A stretch of 62,044 nt of DNA, counting the filler, from Deltaproteobacteria bacterium (lineage in GTDB: Bacteria > JAUYMQ01), in assembly GCA_030698575.1 (NCBI GenBank). It is 5 parts of 5 records of this genome, joined end to end, with 100 filler letters (N's around TTAATTAATTAA, not from the genome) between each part and the next. Parts side by side here need not be neighbours in the genome. Positions count along the whole stretch, not along the records: positions 53,165 to 58,640 come from JAUYMQ010000310.1; positions 58,741 to 62,044 come from JAUYMQ010000342.1; 3 more parts are not named here. One strand, 5' to 3'. The translations under genes and the position numbers were made by a program. The notes under the pieces are model-generated. The model was not told where the DNA came from, did not search any database, and worked only from the letters and a program-made list of their open reading frames with translations. Within the stretch, counting starts at the first letter, position 1. Every line of letters begins with the position of its first letter. Shown here piece after piece: positions 55,964 to 62,044 of the stretch.

Positions 55964-56563
55964 TCAAGCCTCCCCACCGGCGTTACGCCGCCCGGGTACG
56001 AGGCTTCGTGCTTCGGTGACCACAATCTCAACGCCTCGATCGTGGGCCTCGTCGGGCAACCGCGTCCGCATCTGCATTTCGAACGCGATCCCAATCGTGA
56101 TCGGGCCTCCCTCCGCGAGAAGCCGATCGTAGTAGCCGCCGCCGAAACCGAGGCGGCGCCCTTCTGGATCGAACGCAAGGCCGGGCAGCACCAGCAACTC
56201 CACCGCCGGGAACGGGACCCTTCGCCCTGCTTCGTCCGGCGGTTCCGGCACCCCGTAGGCGCCGGGGTGTAGCTGCCCCGCACTCTCTATCTCTAAAAAC
56301 TCGAGGGCGCGCGCCGCGGCTCGTGCCCGCGGGAATACCACGCGCTTCCCTTCCGCGCGAGCCAATTCAACGAGCGGCAGCAGGTCGGCTTCACCGCGAA
56401 TCGGCGCGTAGAGCGCCACGACCTTCGCCCGCGTCCAGACCGGGAGAGCGGCCACACGCCGCCGGATGGCATCGCTCCAGGCGGCGCGGTCGAGATCGGA
56501 GATCTCTTCGCGGGCCGACTTCACCTCGCGCCGCAGGGCGGCCTTCGTGTCCGCTTCGCGCAA
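55964..56563 (-). CDS. ygfA: 5-formyltetrahydrofolate cyclo-ligase
   Basis: K..LR, G.YGVPEP, PGLAFD..G.RLGFGGGYYDR, LP.E.HD; TTG start inferred. Confidence 0.9.
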   Translation of the reverse strand: MREADTKAALRREVKSAREEISDLDRAAWSDAIRRRVAALPVWTRAKVVALYAPIRGEADLLPLVELARAEGKRVVFPRARAAARALEFLEIESAGQLHPGAYGVPEPPDEAGRRVPFPAVELLVLPGLAFDPEGRRLGFGGGYYDRLLAEGGPITIGIAFEMQMRTRLPDEAHDRGVEIVVTEARSLVPGRRNAGGEA

Positions 56564-56577
56564 CGCCCGCTCCGTCG

Positions 56578-56714
56578 TCCCAGGGGGCCTCGGGCCAGCA
56601 ATGGTTCGCCTGCAGATGAGCGCGCCCCGGCGCAGATTGAGGGATGGGGCGAAACTCCTGCTCAAGAAAACAGTGGCGGGGCGATCGCGCGGCGCGAAGC
56701 GAACCAGCCGGGGA
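56578..56714 (-). ncRNA. ssrS: Probable 6S RNA
   Basis: Canonical position between zapA and ygfA; long imperfect hairpin (TGGTTCGC/GCGAACCA, CGCGCC/GGCGCG, TCCCCG/CTGGGA) with internal bulges; ends approximate. Confidence 0.55.
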
Positions 56715-57071
56715 TCAACGGGAGCGGCGCGACCGCTTGCCGGGCGCGGTCTCGCCCAGCGCTCCATCCGCGAGGTGGATGAGCTTCCGGACACGTTCCG
56801 CGGTGATGCCGGCGGTCGCTTGCAGATCCTCTCTGCCGGGAAGGAGTTCGCCGGCCATGTTCAGCGCGGCGAGTACAGCGACGCCCAGCGGGTCGGGAGA
56901 ACCGGAGCTTCCCGCCAGCTCCTGCATTTTGCTATCCACGTAGGCCGCGATTCGGTGCGCCGACTCTTCGCTTTCATCGCTCCGAATCCGGTACTCGCGG
57001 CCGAAGATCTTCACAGCCGTGGATTGCTTGGCCCGGGCCTCGGTCCGCCGGGCCTCACCCTTCTGCACCAT
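56715..57071 (-). CDS. zapA: Cell division protein ZapA
   Basis: VKIFGREYRI...IAAYVDSKM...AVLAALNMA. Confidence 0.9.
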   Translation of the reverse strand: MVQKGEARRTEARAKQSTAVKIFGREYRIRSDESEESAHRIAAYVDSKMQELAGSSGSPDPLGVAVLAALNMAGELLPGREDLQATAGITAERVRKLIHLADGALGETAPGKRSRRSR

Positions 57072-57115
57072 GGGTCCCCCGTCGTAGTGCGCGCTGCCTG
57101 CGCGCGCGCTCCGGT

Positions 57116-57358
57116 TCAGGTCGGCCTGTCGGGCGGGAGTCCGAGCTTCTGCAGCTCGTTGAGGAGGATGTTCACGCGCTCGAGCGCGCGCTTTCGCTGC
57201 GCCTGGAGGGTTGCGACATCGCGATCGCGCTGGCCGAGCACCCGGTCTTTTTGCTCCAGCAGATGCAGCAGCTTGGCCCTCTCCCGCCCGAGGGCACGGC
57301 ACCGATCTGCCAGCGCTTTGACCTTGGTCTCGAGCTCGAGAAAAAGGCTCGTCTTCAT
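57116..57358 (-). CDS. ZapB-like coiled-coil protein
   Basis: 80-aa coiled coil LELETKV...RVNILL directly upstream of zapA. Confidence 0.7.
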   Translation of the reverse strand: MKTSLFLELETKVKALADRCRALGRERAKLLHLLEQKDRVLGQRDRDVATLQAQRKRALERVNILLNELQKLGLPPDRPT

Positions 57359-57465
57359 GAAAGCCTCAGGGGGTATCTCTCGGGCCGGAATTTGCCCACA
57401 GTACGAAGGGTTGCGGGCGAAGTCAAGGAAGGTTCCTGAAGTGCTTGCCGCCACGGACGGGGCGT

Positions 57466-58640
57466 TCAGCGCGCCTTGCCGTTCCGGCGCAGGTAGGCAT
57501 CGATCCCGCGTGCTGCGTCACGACCCTCGCGGATGGCCCAGACGATGAGCGACTGGCCCCTGCGAGCGTCGCCGGCGGCGAACAGGCCCGGGACGCTGGA
57601 CATTCCGTTCTCGTCAACCGCCACGTTGCCGCGTGGATCCAGCTTGACCCCCGACTGCTCCACCAGGCCCTCATGGATGGGGTGGACAAAGCCCATGGCC
57701 AGCAGCACGAGATCGGCCTTGAGCTCGACAGTCGACCCGGGGATCTCCTCGATGCGCGGGCGCCCGGTGGAATCGCGCTCCCCGAGTTCGATTTCCACAA
57801 GCTCGAGCCCCGTCACCCGGCCCTCGGCTCCGAGAAACCGTTTGGTCATGACCGAGAAGCGACGCTCGCCCCCCTCCTCGTGCGAAGTCGAGGAGCGGAA
57901 CATCAGCGGCCAGTCCGGCCAGAGTATGAGCGGCGATCGCTCGTCGGGCGGACGCTCCAGCAGCTCGAGGTTCGTGACGCTGAGCGCGCCCTGGCGGTGA
58001 CAGGTCCCGATGCAGTCCGACCCGGTGTCGCCGCCACCGATTACAACAGCATGCTTTCCCTCCGCAGTGATGCTCACGGCAGGATCGGCGGCATCGCCGG
58101 CGACGTGCCTGTTCTGCTGGGGCAGGAACTCCATCGCGAAATGAACCCCTTGAAGGTCGCGCCCCGGTACCGGTAGATCGCGCGGCTTCTCCGCGCCCGT
58201 GGCGATGAGGATCGCGTCGTATTCTTTCCTGAGATCCGCCAGGGGCACTTCCACGCCGACGTGAACGCCGGGCTGGAAGTTGACGCCCTCGGCGATCATC
58301 TGCTCGAGCCGGCGGTCGAGAACACGCTTCTCCATCTTGAAGTCGGGAATCCCGTAGCGGAGAAGCCCCCCGATGCGGTCCGACTTCTCGAAAACCGTCA
58401 CCTCGTGGCCCGCGCGGCGCAGCTGCTGCGCCGCGGCCAGGCCCGCAGGCCCCGATCCGACGACCGCCGCGCGCTTCCCGGTGAGCTTCGCGGGTGGCTC
58501 GGGCTTCACCCACCCCTCGCGCCAGGCCCGGTTGGCGATGGCGTTCTCGATCATCTCGATCGTCACCGCCTTGTCGTTGATCGCGAGAACACAGGCAGCC
58601 TCACAGGGGGCCGGGCAGAGGCGCCCGGTGAATTCCGGGA
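57466..58640 (-). CDS. gltD: Glutamate synthase small subunit, 5'-partial
   Basis: [62 protein letters not shown]. Confidence 0.95.
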
Positions 58641-58740
58641 NNNNNNNNNNNNNNNNNNNNNNNNNNNNNNNNNNNNNNNNNNNNTTAATTAATTAANNNN
58701 NNNNNNNNNNNNNNNNNNNNNNNNNNNNNNNNNNNNNNNN
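58641..58740. other. Artificial contig linker
   Basis: N-run + TTAATTAATTAA + N-run. Confidence 0.98.
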
Positions 58741-59014
58741 CGCCGCGCGCTTCGAGGCGATCGACCAGCTCCTGGCAGAGCCCGGCGATCACCTGCTCGC
58801 CGCGACCGTCGTCGAGCGTGAGCAGCAGGATGATGAGGCCGCCGGTCGCAAGCCCGCCGAGCCCGCCGTAGCGCTCGACCAGAATGGTTTGTGACCCGTT
58901 GCGTGCGGCGGCCGTCGCGGCGGCAATGCCGGCCGGGCCGCCGCCCACGACGAGCACGTCGCAGTCGGCGCGCAGGGGAAGCGCGCGGCCGGGCTCCTCA
59001 ATCTTCCGTGTCAT
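58741..59014 (-). CDS. FAD-dependent oxidoreductase, 3'-truncated
   Basis: [15 protein letters not shown]...LVERYG.LGG.ATGG. Confidence 0.88.
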
Positions 59015-59192
59015 GCGACTGGCTCCTCGGGGGACTCACTCCTCAGGGCGGGCTGAACCCGGGTTCGAGCCTAAAGGGAGCGAAAATAGGTGTCAAACGG
59101 CGGGGGGGGAGCGGCCGATAGGGGAGAGGCGGGCCCGAACGCCGGCGCGCTATACTGCCCCCTTTCCGAGTTGCCCAGGAGCCGAGCATTTC

Positions 59193-60080
59193 ATGCGCAT
59201 AGGCGATTACCTGCGTGAGGCCCTTCCGGAGGGGCGGAAGAGCGTCTCCTTCGAGTTCTTCCCGCCCAAGACGCCCAAGGGGGAAGAGGCCCTCTTCCGC
59301 GCCATCGAGGAGCTGCGCCCCCTCGAGCCTACCTACGTGAGCGTCACTTACGGGGCGGGCGGCTCCACCCGCGACAAGACGGTGGAGATCGTTTCGCGGA
59401 TAAAGAACGAGATCGGAATCGAGGCGATGGCCCACCTCACCTGCGTGGGCTCGTCCCGGTCGGAGCTGGAGGGGGTGCTGGGCAGGCTTCGCGACGCGGG
59501 GATTGAGAACGTCCTCCCGCTGCGAGGCGATCCGCCGACGGGTAAGGAGCATTTCGAGCGGCCGCCGGACGGGTTCGGCTATGCGAGCGAGCTGGCGACT
59601 TTCATCCGGCAGCAGTTCGATTTCTGCATGGCCGGCGCGTGCTATCCCGAGAAGCACACCGACGCCGCCGATCTCGAATCCGACCTCGATCATCTGGAGC
59701 TGAAGGTCGCGGCCGGCGTGGACTTCCTCATCACCCAGCTCTTCTTCGACAACGCGCGCTACTTCAGCTTCATCGAAAAGGCCCGGGGTCGCGGAATCAA
59801 AATGCCGATCATCCCCGGCATCATGCCCGTCACGAACGTCGAGCAGATCGAGCGATTCACGGCAATGTGCGGAGCCACGATTCCGGACGCCTATGCCCGA
59901 TCGCTCGATGCGCGGCGCGACGACCCCGAGGCAGTGATCGCGCTCGGCGTCGAGTACGCCATCGCCCAGTGCAGCGAGCTGCTCAAGGCGGGCGCGCCGG
60001 GCGTGCACTTCTACACGCTCAACAAGAGCTCCGCGACACGCCGCATCATGCAGGCCCTCCGCAAGGAAAACCTGCTCTAG
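59193..60080 (+). CDS. metF: 5,10-methylenetetrahydrofolate reductase
   Basis: SFEFFPPKT, SVTYGAGG, AHLTC, LRGDPP, ITQLFFD, HFYTLN. Confidence 0.96.
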   Translation: MRIGDYLREALPEGRKSVSFEFFPPKTPKGEEALFRAIEELRPLEPTYVSVTYGAGGSTRDKTVEIVSRIKNEIGIEAMAHLTCVGSSRSELEGVLGRLRDAGIENVLPLRGDPPTGKEHFERPPDGFGYASELATFIRQQFDFCMAGACYPEKHTDAADLESDLDHLELKVAAGVDFLITQLFFDNARYFSFIEKARGRGIKMPIIPGIMPVTNVEQIERFTAMCGATIPDAYARSLDARRDDPEAVIALGVEYAIAQCSELLKAGAPGVHFYTLNKSSATRRIMQALRKENLL

Positions 60081-60090
60081 GCGCCAAAAG

Positions 60091-60131
60091 AAGAGGGACT
60101 GTCCCACTTAATAAGTGGGACAGTCCCTCTT
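60091..60131. repeat. Perfect 20-bp inverted repeat with nested GGGAC(T/A)GTCCC palindromes
   Basis: AAGAGGGACTGTCCCACTTA-a-TAAGTGGGACAGTCCCTCTT between convergent genes. Confidence 0.85.
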
Positions 60132-60153
60132 TTGCCACCCTGCAGGGCGGGCT

Positions 60154-60720
60154 CTAACCGGCCCAGGTGAGCTTGTAGCTGCAACAGTTGTCGCCACGGT
60201 TGACGCAGCGATCATGGAGCACGCGCACGTCCTTGGCGCCGCCGATTTCCATCCCGCGGGCCGCCCATCCGCCCGTCAGCTGGCAATGCTCCGGAACGAC
60301 GTGGGGCGCGCCTTCGAGAACCATCCGTGAGTGGTTCGGGCCGGCTTCCTCGACCCTCATCTCGCCCGGATCGTTATAGGCTTTCCACACGTGGCGCAGC
60401 GCCCGCCCGAAGGCCTTCAGATCGCCGCTCCCCGTGTTCTTGAAGGCCGAGAGCGTCGCACCCATGTCGGCTTCGGCGGTGATCCTTCCCAGATTCTCGT
60501 AGAAGTCAGGCGCCCGGCTGCCCGACAGCCGGTGGGCGGCAAGCAGCAGCTTCGCGAAATCCCCGTAGTCGTACCAGGTGGATGCCAGAACCCGCCCTTC
60601 GAACACGAGGCTCCCCTGCATGTCGAGGGCCTGGGCGACATTCTCGATTCCTTGCTGCCGGGCCAGGGACTTCACCAGACGAACCAGTGCGACCACACCC
60701 AGCCCTTTCATCCTCGCCAC
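60154..60720 (-). CDS. V4R/DUF2378-like protein
   Basis: KG N-terminus, LASTWY, LGR..A, GW, C..RGDNCC..W; GGAGG RBS before GTG 60720. Confidence 0.7.
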   Translation of the reverse strand: MARMKGLGVVALVRLVKSLARQQGIENVAQALDMQGSLVFEGRVLASTWYDYGDFAKLLLAAHRLSGSRAPDFYENLGRITAEADMGATLSAFKNTGSGDLKAFGRALRHVWKAYNDPGEMRVEEAGPNHSRMVLEGAPHVVPEHCQLTGGWAARGMEIGGAKDVRVLHDRCVNRGDNCCSYKLTWAG

Positions 60721-60951
60721 GCGATCCTCCGTCCTCCAAGATTTCGCAGACCTGACAGACCTGGCGGCAGCACTCTGCGGGACCGCCCGTGCTGTCACGG
60801 CAGCCCGAAGGCTGCGAGCCCTGAAACACTCTTGTGATTCGACAGAACTGCTGTAAAACTTGAACCCGGCTCGCATCCGCCCGGGGGGCGGTGTATCATC
60901 GCGCCGATCGTGAGCAACAGTTCTCACCCCGGTTATCGCCCAAGGAATTCG

Positions 60952-62044
60952 ATGGCCAAGCCGGAAAAAAACGCCCGCCTGAAGCTCTGCTGCCTGTTCG
61001 GGGGGAGATCGGGCGAGCATGAGGTGTCGGTCATCTCGGCCCGGTCCCTGATGAAGGCGGCCGACCCGGCGCGCTACGAGGTCGTGCCGGTCGGAATCAC
61101 GAAAGAGGGCATCTGGAAAACCCCCGCGGGCGAGGGGCCGCCCGATCCGGATCGCGCTTTCGCGCCCGACGCCGTCGAGGTCACGCTCTGGAGCGCGCCG
61201 GGGTTCAGGGGCCTCATCCGCCTCGGCGGCGGAACAACTCCCGGGTGGGAGCGACAGGCCATTGATGTGGTCTTCCCCGTGCTTCACGGCACCTTCGGAG
61301 AAGACGGCACCGTGCAGGGGCTCATCGAGATGGCGGGGCTCCCCTACGTCGGGAGCGGCGTGCTTGGCTCGGCCGCCGCCATGGACAAAGACGTGATGAA
61401 GCGCCTGTTCGCCCGCGCCGGGCTGCCGCAGGTGCGCTGGCTGACCATCACCGCGCACCGCTGGCGTGTGCAGGACGATCTGGTGGCGAAAGAGATCGAG
61501 GAGACGCTCGGCTACCCCTGTTTCGTCAAGCCGACGAACCTCGGCTCGTCGGTGGGAATCTCGAAGGTGCACGGCCGCGGAGAACTGGGCCCCACCATTG
61601 AGACGGCGGCGCGTTACGATCATCGGGTGATCATCGAGGAGGGCGTGGCCGCTCGCGAGATCGAGTGCGCACTGCTCGGGAACGACGATCCCGAAACAAG
61701 CGTGCTCGGCGAGATCGTCCCCTGCAAGGAGTTCTACGACTACGAAGCCAAGTACCTCATGGAAGGCTCCGAGCTTCTCATTCCGGCGCCTCTTCCGGAC
61801 GCCGCCACGCGCGAAGCGCAGACGCTGGCCGTCCGGGCCTTCGAGGCCGTGGGCGCATCGGGGCTCGCGCGCGTGGATTTCTTCGTCGAGAAGGAGACGG
61901 GCCGGATCCTGGTGAACGAGATCAACACGCTGCCGGGCTTCACCGAGATCAGCATGTACCCCAAGCTGTGGGATGCTTCGGGACTCTCCTATCGGGCGCT
62001 GATCGATCGCCTCGTGGACCTTGCACTGTCGCGGCACGCGGAGC
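60952..62044 (+). CDS. ddl: D-alanine--D-alanine ligase, 3'-partial (absent from the ORF track)
   Basis: Manual translation: LFGGRSGEHEVS, FPVLHGTFGEDG, MDK, FVKP.NLGSSVGI, FYDYEAKY, NEINTLPGFT. Confidence 0.95.
   Translation, partial: MAKPEKNARLKLCCLFGGRSGEHEVSVISARSLMKAADPARYEVVPVGITKEGIWKTPAGEGPPDPDRAFAPDAVEVTLWSAPGFRGLIRLGGGTTPGWERQAIDVVFPVLHGTFGEDGTVQGLIEMAGLPYVGSGVLGSAAAMDKDVMKRLFARAGLPQVRWLTITAHRWRVQDDLVAKEIEETLGYPCFVKPTNLGSSVGISKVHGRGELGPTIETAARYDHRVIIEEGVAAREIECALLGNDDPETSVLGEIVPCKEFYDYEAKYLMEGSELLIPAPLPDAATREAQTLAVRAFEAVGASGLARVDFFVEKETGRILVNEINTLPGFTEISMYPKLWDASGLSYRALIDRLVDLALSRHAE

Noticed and set aside
59015-59192. SAM riboswitch upstream of metF
   Set aside because: No recognisable SAM-I/II core motifs; the region looks like divergent promoters only.
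60721-62037. 627-aa minus-strand ORF as one protein
   Set aside because: The upstream ~440 codons are antisense to ddl. Only 60154-60720 has an RBS and family motifs.

Overview
This window is high-GC bacterial DNA made of five assembly fragments joined by artificial 100-nt N/TTAATTAATTAA linkers (16414-16513, 47552-47651, 53065-53164, 58641-58740), so synteny holds only within a fragment. The 16S 5' fragment and gene content suggest a deltaproteobacterial-type organism (Desulfobacterota/Myxococcota-like; inference). Fragment 1 has an ORF ending in an FtsZ-type tail, a hydrolase, a USP, an OprI/Lpp-like lipoprotein between two L,D-transpeptidases, archease-rtcB, yqeY, an RpoD-paralog sigma factor, a decayed FMN-binding/membrane-protein cassette and a Fet-type iron-uptake operon with an FTR1-DUF2318-YHS fusion. 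Fragment 2 opens with the 5' end of a group IIC intron inserted behind a terminator, next to a palindromic-repeat array enclosing a small GIY-YIG nuclease. It continues with a ~30 kb envelope locus: two TMTC-like GT-C/TPR proteins, a ~1600-aa secreted repeat protein under a sigma54 promoter, two FadL-family barrels, a PrsT-like TPR lipoprotein, a sigma54 two-component system, sugar epimerases, exosortase/EpsI, a flippase and glycosyltransferases. Fragment 3 has an SDR, namZ, a half-tRNA scar, a secreted protein, a cold-shock gene and a Cys-rich lipoprotein. Fragment 4 has the 16S 5' end, tyrS, ymdB, ygfA, a likely 6S RNA, zapA/zapB and gltD. Fragment 5 has an FAD oxidoreductase, metF, a V4R-like protein and ddl. 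The best candidates for undescribed systems are the GIY-YIG/REP-like element with its deletion derivative and tandem half-repeats, and the TMTC-like glycosylation plus giant repeat protein locus. All calls come from reading motifs; no searches were run.
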